From Octopus sinensis (taxonomy: Eukaryota): DNA of 64,000 bases. The translations under genes and the position numbers were made by a program. Of this stretch, positions 25,866 through 39,629 are shown in pieces; position 1 is the stretch's first letter; every line of letters begins with the position of its first letter. The notes beneath the pieces are model-generated. The model saw only the letters and a program-made list of their open reading frames with translations, made no database searches and was not told the DNA's origin. Location of the stretch: NCBI RefSeq assembly GCF_006345805.1, contig NC_043001.1, positions 53,444,001 to 53,508,000 on the forward strand. The letters run 5' to 3'.

Positions 25866-27132
25866 ATGTTAATAAAATAGAACATATGCATATATATAAA
25901 CATATATGTACGTACCTACCTCTACATGTACATATACACGCATATATGTGTACAGGACACCAAAAAGACGTCGAACACATAGAGAGACGAAAAACATAGA
26001 CACAAACCAAGGAACAAGACAAGCAAAAACAGAGATACAGGACAATAAGCACAACGAAAAATCCCCTTCTTCAGTCGCTAAGGTTTCATCTACTAAAACG
26101 TTTCGAAGGATAAAAGCGAGACGTATACTTCGAAGAAAACTTCCTTCCTGCGAAAAGCAAATCAATTAAAATCTCTGAGATCTTTTCGCAGAGGGGTAAA
26201 AAAAGCAAGACGGTAACGACAGTACAAACATATAAACAGTAAATATATATATTATAAACAGTGGAAAAATAAATATATAACACAGTGAGAGACAGGACAA
26301 GGAGAACAAGATAAGAAGGGCTGTTAACGCCAGACGAAAAAAGTATTGCAAACGCTGGATTATAGTGGACGACGAGAGAGAAAAAATGTCGACCAGTAGC
26401 CTTAGAAGGCGGGCGAGAAAAGACAGGATAGCAGTTACGACGGAAGTATCGTCGCAGATGGACGACGGGAATGGGGGAGTAGGAGCAAGAGGAAGAGAGA
26501 AAGAAGGGAATGGTGCGAGGAGACCATGAAGAATGGTGAAAGGGAGAGAGAGAATGAGAATGAAGAGAGAGAGAGGAAGAGACAAGTTAAGTGAGGGAAA
26601 AAAGACGAAAAAGGGAATGGGAGAGAAAGAAAGAAAGATGCAGAGTCGCGTGAGAGTTAATATCAAGGCTAACTTGATAAACAGAACAATCTTACTTAAT
26701 AGGGTGCGTGCGTTTAGTCGTATAATATGTTAATAAAATAGAACATATGCATATATATAAACATATATGTACGTACCTACCTCTACATGTACATATACAC
26801 GCATATATGTGTACAGGACACCAAAAAGACGTCGAACACATAGAGAGACGAAAAACATAGACACAAACCAAGGAACAAGACAAGCAAAAAAAAGAGATAC
26901 AGGACAATAAGCACAACGAAAAATCCCCTTCTTCAGTCGCTAAGGTTTCATCTACTAAACGTTTCGAAGGATAAAAGCGAGACGTATACTTCGAAGAAAA
27001 CTTCCTTCCTGCGAAAAGCAAATCAATTAAAATTCTGAGATCTTTTCGCAGAGGGGTAAAAAAAGCAAGACGGTAACGACAGTACAAACATATAAACAGT
27101 AAAAAATATATATATAAACAGTGGAAAAATAA

Positions 27133-27140
<8 letters not shown>
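25866..27140. repeat. ~420-bp near-identical direct repeats 861 bp apart, (TA)n-flanked
   Basis: 25866-26285 is repeated at 26727-27140 with only a few small indels. The interior is purine-rich. Confidence 0.92.
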
Positions 27141-27163
<23 letters not shown>

Positions 27164-27661
27164 TATACTCGCACAAATAGTGAGAGACTGAGTAGGCGTG
27201 AAGAACGCTACCAATTGTGTTATAATCAGCAAGTTGTACTCCAACATACCCAGAATTTAAAATCCAAATGCAGGATGTAGGCTCTAAGAACGATGCTTAC
27301 CTAGTGGTTATGCGAGAAAATAGGGCAAATAAACTGCAGTAGTTATCTTGAGTATAGAAATCATGTAATCTAGTCGTATGTTACACATGTTTCGGATAAA
27401 CTATAACAGATGAGAAACAGTTATAGTATGTGTTAATACCCAAGAATATTATAAGCGTGCAAATTAACATAGAATTTGAGAGATGTTGGATTACATAGAG
27501 AGAAAAGGTGAGAGTGAGGAACAGTTGAATTGTGGAGGTAATGTTAGTAATAAAAAATACTTCAGTTAAGGGAATAAAGGAAAAAGAGAGATGCGAAGTA
27601 AGCAATAAAATTAGGTAATGAAACTAGATAAAATGTTGACAAGCGAATTGGCAAATAATAT

Positions 27662-28080
27662 TTATTTCTTTATTGCCCACAGGGGCCTAAATATAGAGGA
27701 GACAAGCAAGGACAGACAAAGGGATTAAGTCGATTACATCGACACCAGTGCGTAACTGGTACATATTTATTTGACCCCGAAAGGTTGAAAGCAATGTCAA
27801 CCTCGATGAAATTTGAACTCAGAACGTAACGGCAGGCGAAATACCTATTTCTTTACTACCCACAAGGGACTAAACACAGAGGGGACAAAGAAGGACAAAC
27901 AAACGGATTAAGTCGATTACATCGACCCCAGTGTGTAAGTGGTACTTAATTTATCGACCCCGAAAGGATGAAAGGCAAAGTCGACCTCAGCGGAATATTT
28001 TAACTCAGAACATGGCGGCAGACGAAATACTGCTAAGCGTTTCGCCCGGAGTGCTAACGATTCTGCCACCTCGCCGCCCT
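27662..28080 (-). mobile_element. Head-to-tail SINE B dimer (full copy plus 5'-truncated copy)
   Basis: Two successive family B cores, junction near 27845. Confidence 0.8.
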
Positions 28081-29261
28081 AATGGCTATTAATATTGAGA
28101 GATAAAATATGTTGTGAGCGATTGAAACACAGACGCAAGCAGTTGCGTAGTGTAGAATAAATGAAGGTGAGTCACGAAAACAAGTGAAGAAATTGTAGAA
28201 GTAAATATAGCGAAGACTCTATTGAGATGTCCGTCGCGTCGAGTACAAAGGCTCAGTAAGATATGAGCCAGGACAGTTGTAAGGCGCTATGGGAATAGAG
28301 GGACGAGAGAGGGAAACATGGGAAAGATGTTTAGCGGTGCAGGAATACATTGTCTAAGAGCGGGAGTGCACACAGTTAAAAAGCCGTTCTTTGTAATATA
28401 TGTCTTACAATTTATTGGCATTTGTGCAACGAGCAGAAGTATAAAAACCACGCTGTCTACTATAAACATACATTAAGTAGTAGCAGCTTGAATGCAAAAA
28501 AAAAACAAAAGAAGACAGCATAACTGTACTATCTAAAGAAATTAAAAGCGCAATATACTCACATGATCTTCGATGTGCAATTATCTTCCTTTATGCCTGA
28601 GAAATATTCTCGAACGAAACATAAATACTATGATTTTTGAAATAGAAGTATAATGAAAAAAATCGTATTTCTCTAGCTCCAATGTTCATCAATATAAATT
28701 TTTTCCAATATACTTGAAGAGGAATGTTCAAGCTTTTTTTATACACACACACACACGCACACACTCACACACTGGTGTATATATACATGCATATACATGC
28801 ATGTATATATACATATACGCACACATAAATCTACATACATATATATATATATATATATAAACACGCTTATATATACACGCATATATATATATATATATTA
28901 TATATATATATATAAATATATAGATACATATACACACGGATACACATGCACACCCTCTTATATACATACATTTACAAGCGCATATATATATATATATATA
29001 CCCACAGATATACATACACACTTCCGTGTGCGATCCAGATACATGCACATACATGAGCGTGCATACATACGCATACATAGCCTGCCCCGGCCTATCCACA
29101 CTCGCAGGCGCACATGTATAAGAATAACTACACTCGCACACACATAAATACACCTGGCATCCCGATCAAAGCTATGGATTACTAAAACCTCGTTAGTATT
29201 TCAAGCAGTAACTATTTGTTAGTAATTATCAATATTATTATTATATAACTGCAATGAATCT

Positions 29262-29475
29262 GTCAGCTGGCAGAATCATTTGCACGCCGGTCGAAATGAT
29301 TATTGGTATTCTGTCCGCCTCTACGTTCTGTGTTCGATTTTGTTGAGGTCGACTTCTTTGACTTTTATCCTTTCGGGGTCGATAGATTAACTACCAGTGA
29401 AACACTGGGGTCGATATAATCGACTAGTCCCCTACTCAAAATTTTATGCTTTGAGCCTATAGTAGAAAAAGGATT
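29262..29475 (+). mobile_element. SINE family B
   Basis: Family B head and core. Confidence 0.75.
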
Positions 29476-30570
29476 ATTATATAAACTGCAATAGAAGGTT
29501 ACGTATCTGAACATACGTGAACATCAGTATCTGCACACAAGGTAGAAGGGTATAGGGGGCATATTATGCCTGTTTAGGTAGTTCATCTGTAATGTTAGTT
29601 TAGAGGCTTTGCTTAAGTACCTTTAAGTTTGCATGTGTCTGAACCACATATTTTCTTCTCTTTAGTAAATCAGTCTTCTAAGATTTTGAAAAGTCTATAT
29701 TCTAGTTACTTACTATTGCACTGTTACGTTGTGAAAGTGTTCTTGTGAGCATGCCTAAAAATATGTTATGTTCTCATCTGGGCCTTGGATGGCATACGCT
29801 TGTATGTTGCAGTTCGTGAGGTTTTCACTCGGCGTTGGGTGTTAATCCGAGTTGTCGGAGTTATAGGTTGTATCGGTTTCGTGTGGTTCGCGTTGAGTTT
29901 TGTGAACAGCTGTTTCGCTGTATCTTTGCATCTGGGCAGTCGTTGAAACAAATCTATTAATAATCCGCCCTTTTATGAATGTTGTGTTTCATATTCGATG
30001 AATTCGCATGCATATTCATAGTGTGCCGGTTGAATAGCTGGTTGAGTGTGCTGGTTTTAGGGAAGCAACGATCGACGGTAGCGAAAAACTGTCTCCCGAT
30101 CCTGGATGACATGTTCGAGCCCCAGACCGCGTTGTACCTGGCGACCTCATGATTCTTGTATCTTCTATATGCTCGGGTGTGTGTGTGACGTTGCGATTTT
30201 GTGGTGTCCTTGTTTAATTGTGATTGTGTGTTGTCCGTTGCTATTTTTCTCTATATCATTGTTGGCTCTCATGCATCTATTTGTGATTTGTCTTACTTAT
30301 GTGATTTGGGTATTTCTATACCGGTTTTGAACGTTGTGAGTGTGGTTTGTGTCTTGATTGGTGGGTTTTTTCCCGGAGCAGTGTGTGTTATGACTATAAT
30401 TACTCTAACTACAAGTTGCTGAGCTACATGGGTAAATACTATCGTTAATATTACTACTACTATAACCCGCGTATTGGATTGTTGCATGGTAGCCCGTCGA
30501 GGCCAGAGTGTATGCATATGTATGTGTGAGTGCATGTATGCAAGTATATATGTATGTGTGTATGTTTATG

Positions 30571-30610
<40 letters not shown>

Positions 30611-30613
<3 letters not shown>

Positions 30614-30813
30614 GCGTAGGTGGTGTGTGATTCACCCGCGGTGATATAGTTGTTGAGGGGGTCAGACTGCCGGCGTAATGGGAGTAGGTGGTGTGTGACT
30701 CATCCACAGTGATATAGTTGTTGAGCGGGTCAGACTGCCGGCGTAATGGGAATAGGTGGTGTGTGAGTCACCTGCGGTGATATAGTTATTGAGCGGGTCA
30801 GACTGCCGGCGTA
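30611..30813. repeat. 68-bp GC-rich minisatellite, 3 copies
   Basis: TAGGTGGTGTGTGA recurs at 30617, 30685 and 30753. Confidence 0.95.
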
Positions 30814-31306
30814 CCACTTCAGTCTTGACGCGAGCGTGATAACACTCTACCCATGAGGTTATCTCCCAACCATAAATCATACCAATTACGGTCGCAATCG
30901 ATCAGATGTGTGCATATACGAGCGAAAGTATGTGTGGCTGTATGTGTGTACACGCATCCTTATCTAAGCTACCTAGCTAAACAATTTTTTGTCCACTAGA
31001 TATTACAGGTCGCATATATATCTCTCCCTTCCTTCTAATGCCATTCTTCTGTATTAAACCCAATGTAACTCAGTCCCTCCTTATCTAACCATTAAGTTCC
31101 GCTTCGAACTTTTATTTTCATCGACAATTATTGAAATAAGATACCTTTTAGGTATAGATGTACCTGATGAGGCTAAGACTGCAAAATTGATGCAACACGA
31201 CATGTTGGAAGGAGTTTCACCCACAAGGGACAGTAACAGGATGGGTTGAAACGAACGTTGTACAAAATAAGATTATTATCAAATCCATTTTCTTGTTACT
31301 TAAGTA

Positions 31307-31355
<49 letters not shown>

Positions 31356-31379
31356 TATTATTATTATTATTATTATTAA

Positions 31380-31416
<37 letters not shown>

Positions 31417-31890
31417 GAGTGAGCGAGCAGAGCATGCCATCAAAGTGACACTGGGGTAAAATATACGAAGCCCAGTATACCCATCATGACTACCCGTCTG
31501 ATAAGGGTACACCAGGGACATGCATCACAACCATATGTGCGCGACATGGTGATCTCATATCAAGATAAACAGAACATGACCTTGCAGGTGGAGCCCAGTT
31601 AGAATTTTCTTCAGATCGAGTAACCCATCCCGCTCAAAAGGTCCCTGAATAAGGGTTGTTTAAGGACGTTGAACGAAACACCCATGTTTCCAGAGGTGAA
31701 TTATTCAAACCCCAAAGAATCCTTCTCAACACATGGCTATGATGCTCCCCCACTACTTCTGCTCGTGATCAGAGATGCACATATCGTCAGCCACTAAGGG
31801 ACATGCTCAACTGGTTAAGGTCAAACAACTGACAAGCAAATCTGTGGTATTGAGCAGAATATTTGCTGTAGCGAGAGAGCAGTGCATGCC
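31417..31890 (-). mobile_element. Family D element, truncated, with an extra 18-nt terminal fragment
   Basis: Matches 8036-~8490. 31873-31890 repeats the element's other terminus. TTA-flanked. Confidence 0.88.
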
Positions 31891-31967
<77 letters not shown>

Positions 31968-32424
31968 CTAAACAATTTTATGGGTCCAAAATAATTTTCT
32001 AGAACTTTCTTTTTAACAATTATTCTTTTGTGTAACATCATCTTATTATTGCCCTCACACTTCCAATTTATCATTTCCATATCATTTCTCAAGACATTTC
32101 ATTGGTTGTCCCTCTCTTAGCCTCCAACACTTTGAGATAATTATTTTCAATGCTATCTCACAAACATTCAAACAATATGTTGCATTTATTATATTTTCTT
32201 CAGATATTCATATTATGCCCCTAGATTTTTATTAACCTTAAGTTACTCTTTTCCATATCTTAATTTTCGTTAAACATCTTGTTATTTAAACTTATTTACC
32301 TCATGTACCGTTGGTATTTCTATTTTCTTTCTCCGCTTCCTTTTGAACTTCTTCCTTTTTTCATTTCCCGTCTTTTCTTATCTTTCTCATTTTTGTATTT
32401 TTCCTTCTCTCCTAATTCTTCTTC

Positions 32425-32462
32425 GTTATTATTATTATTACTATTATTATTATTACTATTAC

Positions 32463-32517
<55 letters not shown>

Positions 32518-32598
32518 GTAGTAGTAGTAGTAGTAGTAGTAGTAGTTTTAGTAGTAGTAGTAGTAGTAGTAGCAGCAGCAGCAGCAGTAGTGGTAGTT

Positions 32599-32668
<70 letters not shown>

Positions 32669-32670
32669 AA
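32425..32670. repeat. (TTA)n(TAG)n(CAG)n compound microsatellite
   Basis: Directly visible. Confidence 0.97.
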
Positions 32671-35600
32671 GCACCAACAGCAACTTCAGCATCAACATGA
32701 CAATCAATTCATCACGATCGTTGTCGTTATCATTATCATTAGTGTATTTTAATATTTCTCTCCACTACCACCTCTCGTATTCCTGCTTCGTATTTCTATT
32801 TGAATTTACATCAGCGATAGACTACACCACACTGCCCATCGAGAACTAATTCCCACCTACATCATTCACCACTTATAAGGAGAAACTTCTTTTCTAGTCA
32901 ATATGTCGGTCTTAATCGCGTTTTCCTTTCTATTCGATTGTCTTTTTACTTTTGAAATATTCGTTGCAACTTAACCATCTCCTTTTGTTCGTCTTACCCT
33001 CTCAAGCAAGAGCATTGCGCGTATCACTATTCATTTCTAGTCTATAGAAATAATTTTATCTCCTATTTTTCATTATCCGCTCATCTTTTATGGCTTTCAT
33101 AAGCACCGTTATTACCATAAAAATGATATTCTCATCTTTAACATTCACCTATCTCTGTCTGTATTTGTCTCTAAATATTCACTTTACCTAAAATATGAAA
33201 TATATTGTTGCTGTTGTTGTTGTTTCCTTTGTTGGCGTTGTTGCCATTGTTGATATGTTTTGCTTTAAATCGGCGTAGCAGCTCCCGAGTCTAAACCAGT
33301 GATATGAAAGGAGAATAGCTCCCGTTCCAAATATGATTTGGTTGTTAGTAAAAACAAAGGTGTTTACCTTTCTAATAAGTGATTTATTTATGCAGAAGAC
33401 TGTGCCTTGATAACCTATTCAATAAGCGACATGCAGCGCTTAGTGCTTAAACCTGATGAATCTTATATGACATGTAGTCAAACAACACTTTTACCTGAAC
33501 TTGATGTTAGCCCAAAGGCCATACAGAATTTTAAGCATTAAGTGAAGTGTGTCACTGATATTGATAACCTCTGCTGAAACTTTCTGCGTGCCATCGTCGT
33601 GATGTTCTTGCCCCCTCGAGAGCGTTTACTGAGTACAATTTCATGATACATCACTTTACCTGGGATGTGTGGTTGGTATGTGAATTATGTGATATGCCCA
33701 ACATAGCTGTGACTCTATTAGAATCGTATGGATTCTGAAGAGTTGAGTACGACAGAGAATACCTGCGTTAGTAATATGGTGCTGCCACTAAATATTGATA
33801 CTGGAATGTAGATTTCTATATCGAAATATTACAGATATTTTTTTCAGGTTGCTTTATCTAATTTCATTCTGAGTATTTATCTAAGTTCATTATGAGTATT
33901 GAGCTTTATGTTTAACACAAGCCCTTACTATTTGGAACGTCAGGTATAGTTGCTTAAATCAGTACAAGTTATTTAAATATAGAAAGGCGAACGCAAGTCT
34001 GGTAATTGATATCGAAATCATTATACATGACATACGTATTACTATCGGAATTCATCCAGTGAATATGAGGAAGAGACCACTTTCTAACCTCTTTCTGCGC
34101 TACTTTGTGTGATTTTGCAAACGTCATCTGATGGAAAATATGTAGATTAAAACGTTAACCGTATGATATAACTGATGTAGGGATGAGTCAGAATATCCTT
34201 CTTTAATACAGTGGGTTATTCGAAATCTTACAGGACAAACTAAATCTTGATTCAGTAGTCCGTCAACATTACACAATATATAGAACTCTTTTGTCAGACA
34301 TTAAAATATATGATGTCACATGACGTTTGATTATTTTCGAGTTTATTTTTTACAAATTAATCGCTCAAAGATATCTTTCCAGACTTATGCCCATCGTTCC
34401 TTGCGGGAATCATAGTATTGCCTTCATGTTAATATATGCAATGGTGTTTGTGTGCTTTTTTCCAAATGAATTCTATAGTAACCTGCTGGGAATTAGATGT
34501 TTTGTTCGAATGATATTAAACAATGTAATAAAAAATGAACTAGATTCACTTTGAATTATTATGGAGATATATAGTTGATCAACTATCATTTGGGAATATA
34601 GTGAGTTAAAGTGCAACCGATTTGGTCGGATAAAAAGAATGTTTTTATTTAATATAACATTTTTGTTGCACGAAATACCAGAAGTGGAAATACAGAGTTA
34701 TTTTTCAATTCACACAGAATCTGTGTGTGTGTGTGTTTGCTTGTTTGCGCGCGCGCTTTTATGTATATACTTATTTACATACATTCGTTATTTTCATAAT
34801 ATATTCAGTGTCAAGTCTCAAGTTCAGATAAATCACATTTTTGTTTACGTAATAAGACCTTATAAATACTTATATATGACTTAAAACATATTTAGTATTC
34901 CAAATCATATGTAACATTACATTGATCTGAATATTGACCAGTGAACTTTGTCTCCCATTTTTACATTACACCTGGAGCTTGCGTTTATTTACAAAATTAT
35001 CTCGCTTATAACTATTCGATTGCAGTGTCCGGTTTGAATCAAATTTCCACCTTTCTCTCACAAGTCATGTAGGACCTGGAAGACATTTACCATGATCAAT
35101 GTCCTCCCCTTCCTGTAGAAATAAAAAAGGAATTCGAAAAGTTCAACTATTCTGTCTCTTCAATATGCTGCGCTTACAGCATTTAGCTACTTATTTACGT
35201 CTATGTTTCTTACTTGTGTTTTATATCCTAGATCTCATTTGTTTGTTCAGACATGTGGGCCCCAGTTATCAGGATGCATTGGAGATCAAATACGAAACAA
35301 CTGACACATTCATTAGGGATAGTTAGTATATTGTTACACTGTTAAATATATGGATAAAACATAAATCTATTGCTTTCCGTGCTCTATTGGCTATGTAAGG
35401 GTGTGACACAATTAAGGTACATCACCTTTTATTAGGTACTGCAATATTCAATACATTTACTAGAATCTAAATATACTCCGTATACGCATCGTTTGAAACG
35501 TATTGTTTAGACTTCCTTTGTGTGAGAGACAGTCGTGGTTACTGTACGCAGTTTTGTTTTCTGTTTTGTTTTGTTTTCTTTAGTGTTCTATAGTTTTCAC

Positions 35601-36361
35601 AATCACGGACTAAAGAACAAATCACATAAGTGATATAAAATAAGCAAATTTATATTCCAGAAAAGATACAATGCAATTAAGCGGAGTAATATAACCAAAG
35701 TTCTTAAGTGCCGTGGAATAATAAGTACTAAAAACTGAGCTTTGGGGAATCGTTTCTCAAGGTTTCTTCTTCCCTTTCTTAGCATATGTTGACCGCGAAC
35801 AATCAACAGGAATAATACACACATATGTGAAAAACAACTTAGAGCGTATTATTCGACAATTGTCCATAATACAATGCGCAAAATACTTAAAGATATATTA
35901 AATTTCTACTGAGCATATGCTATTCATAATTTATATTTTGATAGAAAGAAAGAAAACAGCTTTCAAATTTCTATGACTTCTTATTAATTGCCCAGCAGTG
36001 AATCTCTGAATGCACAAACACATGAAAACTTCTACGTAATGGGCAGAGAAAAGAGTTAATTGCGTAAAAGAGGATGTTAGGAAGGAATTTGCGCTAAAGG
36101 CTTTTATCTGTGTGGTTTGCGGTAGATATAAATAAATTTATAATTCCTTTTGTTTCTTATTATCTATGTATACTTAGTAAAATTTGAAGGATTCTCCTCC
36201 TTTCAGGGGCTCCTGTTCAATGTGAGTGTGTTTGTGTGTGTGTATGTATGTGTAGTGTGCGTGCGTGTATATATATACATACATATACGCATACGCACAT
36301 TTATAAATCTGTACTTATACTTATATATGTGTGTGTCTGTGTGTATAAATATATATTTTTT

Positions 36362-36577
36362 TTATTCTTTTACTTGTTTCAGTCAGTTGACTGTGGCCAT
36401 GCTGGAGCACCGCCTTTAGTCGAGCAAATCGATCCCAGGACGTATTCTTTGTAAACCTAGTGCTTATTCTATCGGTGTATTTTGCCGAACCGCTAAGTTA
36501 CAGGGACATAAACACACCAGCATCGGTTGTCAAGCGGTATTGGAGAGGGGATGAGCACAGACACAAAAAACATACAC

Positions 36578-36635
<58 letters not shown>

Positions 36636-36806
36636 TATATAGATACGACGGGCTTCATTTCAGTTTCCGTCTACCAAATCCACTCACAAGGCTTTGGTCT
36701 GCCCGATGCTATAGTAGAAGACATTTGCCCAAGGTGCCACGCAGTGTAACTGAACCCGGAACCATGTGGTTGGTAAGCAAGTTACTTACCACACATCCAC
36801 TCCTGC
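36362..36806 (-). mobile_element. SINE family A
   Basis: Reverse-complement match to family A, with internal (TA)n. Confidence 0.88.
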
Positions 36807-36845
36807 ACACATATATATATATATATATATATATGGGGAGAATTG

Positions 36846-36877
<32 letters not shown>

Positions 36878-37178
36878 TGTATGTATGTATATATGTATGT
36901 ATGTATGTGTGCTTGTATGTATGTATGTATGTATGTATGTATGTATGTATGTATGTATGTTGTATGTATGTATGTATGAATGTAGGTATGTATGTATGTA
37001 TGTGCATGCTCACACACAATAAACATAAAATGTATTTTGCCAAACTGATGCGTTATGTGACGGAAGCCGAAACTATGTGCTGCAAAGTGAATGGTAGTGC
37101 GCGGAGCATATATGATAACGGGTAAAGCCACATATTAACCTAAACGTGATTAATGCGTCGCCAAGTTGACATCATTTA

Positions 37179-37270
37179 TACGAAAGTCGGCTGAAAAGTT
37201 AGTCTCATGAACAAGATATTCTCATGGAATGTGACCAACTGGGGTTTATTTTTCAACCCAGACGCCTTGC
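37179..37270. mobile_element. Possible mariner-like terminal fragment
   Basis: TATACGAAAGTCGGCTGAAAAGTT resembles TACGAGGG..-type mariner ends. No partner end found. Confidence 0.35.
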
Positions 37271-37790
37271 GAGGCATACACGTCGAAAAATCATCAGCGG
37301 CAGGTACGCTATCACCATCACTGCGATACTGGTTCTCAGCCAATCAAGGACGGCTCGATTGTAGTAATTTCGGATCTGCAGCACACACTCTTTCCACTCT
37401 ATATTATCGATGACATTCAATATAAGTCCTGTTTACTTTAATTCCTTCATTATACTAGTACATTATATAATCCTTAAGCTTAATATCAATAGCCATACCC
37501 TAGTTTAGGAAAAAAATACAAAAATCCATGATAAGAAGCAACACCCTAGGGAAAGAGAGAACTGCGTTAAAAAGTGCCGGACGGAAGGTAGTGTTTCTTT
37601 TTGACTCCGTGTATGTTTTGCTTAAAAGCATGTTTATATTTATGAATGATAAAATCTAAAATTAAATTATTATTATCCCGCAAGGACATATGCCGGTGCA
37701 TTGTCCTGATGAATCAAGGCTACTAATGTCAGTCTTCCTGGGTGTTTGATCTTGACAGTATTTCGTAACTGCCTTAGCAAGTTGGCATAG

Positions 37791-37979
37791 TACATTAAAA
37801 TCCGAAATCGCCGACCCGACTATATACGCGGGGGAACTACCTCCCTTTGTCAGTCATTAACATAGTGTTTTTGAATTGTTGTAACTCCTCTTTCTAGATG
37901 CCACGCAGTGGGACTGAACCCGGAACCATGTGGTTGGTTAGCAAGCTACTTACCACACAGCCACTCCTGCGCCTATATA

Positions 37980-38067
<88 letters not shown>

Positions 38068-38710
38068 ATATATACAGAGAGGGAGAGAGAGGGAGGTTAC
38101 AAAATTGCTAGAAAGAAGAGTTACAACAATTCAAAAACACTATATTAATGACTGACAAAGGGAGGTAGTTCCCCCGCGTATATAGTCGGGTCGGCGATTT
38201 CGGATTTTAATGTAGACCATTTTAATCCTCATCAGCGAATCTTAACGTCTACCGTTGAGTTGTTTTTCCGCTTTTTTTCTAGCAATAGTGGTGCTAGTTA
38301 GTTTCTTCTGTCACTCTTGTGACCGCTATTAATTTTGCCTGTAGGTTCAAATTGCTAATGAGCCACCGGTCCAATTTGTTGTTTACACTTTTACCGTTTT
38401 GAACACCAGCACATATTTTCAAAGGTTTTTCTTATAAGACCGACAGAGTTACTTCGGTTTAACCCTAGGTGTTAAGAGTCTCCACTGAGAATTAAGATGG
38501 TCTGCATCTAAATCCAAATCGCCCATCCGACTATATATGCTGGGGGCTTACCTCCCTGTGTTAGACATTAAGATCGTGCTTAGTTATTTTGAGTTATTTT
38601 ACCTCTTCTTTCTATCAAGATTGGGCTAGCCGTTACCCCTGTCACATTTATGATCTCTATTAATTTTGCTTATATGTTCAGATTGCTACTAAACATCGCA
38701 TTTAATTTAC
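37791..38710. mobile_element. Decayed hammerhead-bearing repeat (~335-bp unit) with an inverted partial duplication
   Basis: 107-bp inverted arms at 37791-37897 and 38108-38214 (2 mismatches). A second, diverged unit lies at 38476-38710. Confidence 0.75.
38184..38240 (-). ncRNA. Type I hammerhead ribozyme motif, probably inactive (U16.1 changed to C)
   Basis: attcg-CTGATGA-ggatt..aatg gtcta catt..aatcc-GAAA-tcgccga-CC-cgact. Confidence 0.7.
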
Positions 38711-38719
38711 AATATGTGT

Positions 38720-38734
38720 GTATGTGTGTGTGTG

Positions 38735-38774
<40 letters not shown>

Positions 38775-38990
38775 GTGAGAGAGTGAGTGATAGGTAAATA
38801 CATGAATATGCAGATATCTGAAATATACGTCTTTAGATGTAAATATTTATCCTATATATGTGTGTCTGTCTGCGTGTGTAGTATAAATATTTACAGCTAT
38901 ATATAAATATATATATTTCAGATATCTACATATTCATTTATTTTCCTATCACTCACTCTCTCTCTCACTGTACACACACACACAGGCACA
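38720..38990. repeat. Imperfect foldback built partly from microsatellites
   Basis: gtgagtgatagg..atgaatatgcagatatctgaaatata is mirrored by tatatttcagatatctacatattcat..cctatcactcac. Confidence 0.7.
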
Positions 38991-39523
38991 CACGTATATA
39001 TATAAGTGTGGGCGTGTGTTTCCGTGTTTGGGTGCGCAGGCGTGTGTGTGTGTATGTTTGTACGTATGTGCTTCTATGCACTAAGCGCCTATATGAAAGA
39101 GCCTTTGAAGGCTAATAACGCCGAATTCGGTATTGGTTACAATGATTACCTTTCGGTATTAGTATTACCTTCGTCGCATATAATCATTATTTTTTTCTTT
39201 TTATAAGCATACTAACTATTTGTGACGTTGGTATCTTAAATGATGCTGATAGTCTAAATACTGAATCACGTGATATTTGGAATTCCGGTGCATAGGACAG
39301 ATAGTTTTCATCCGCTACGATGTGGGTGAGGCTGTGCGTTTATGCCCCAAACACATACATGAGAGGACGTCTCAAGGTTAATAACACAACATTTAGTATT
39401 CTAACAAATCATCAATGATAAACTGGATATAAAGTTTACCTTTGTGTGTGAATATTGTTTATGTCTTTGATAATGTGTGTGTTTGTATATATATATATAT
39501 GTATATGTGCGTGTGTGTGTGTG

Positions 39524-39565
<42 letters not shown>

Positions 39566-39629
39566 GTGTGTGTGTGTGTGTTTGTGTGTGCATATACAAA
39601 CATACATACATATATACATACACACATAG

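Noticed and set aside
37685-37715. Hairpin followed by CTGATGA as a type III hammerhead
   Set aside because: The position of the NUH triplet reads AAG, and there is no matching GAAA or stem II.
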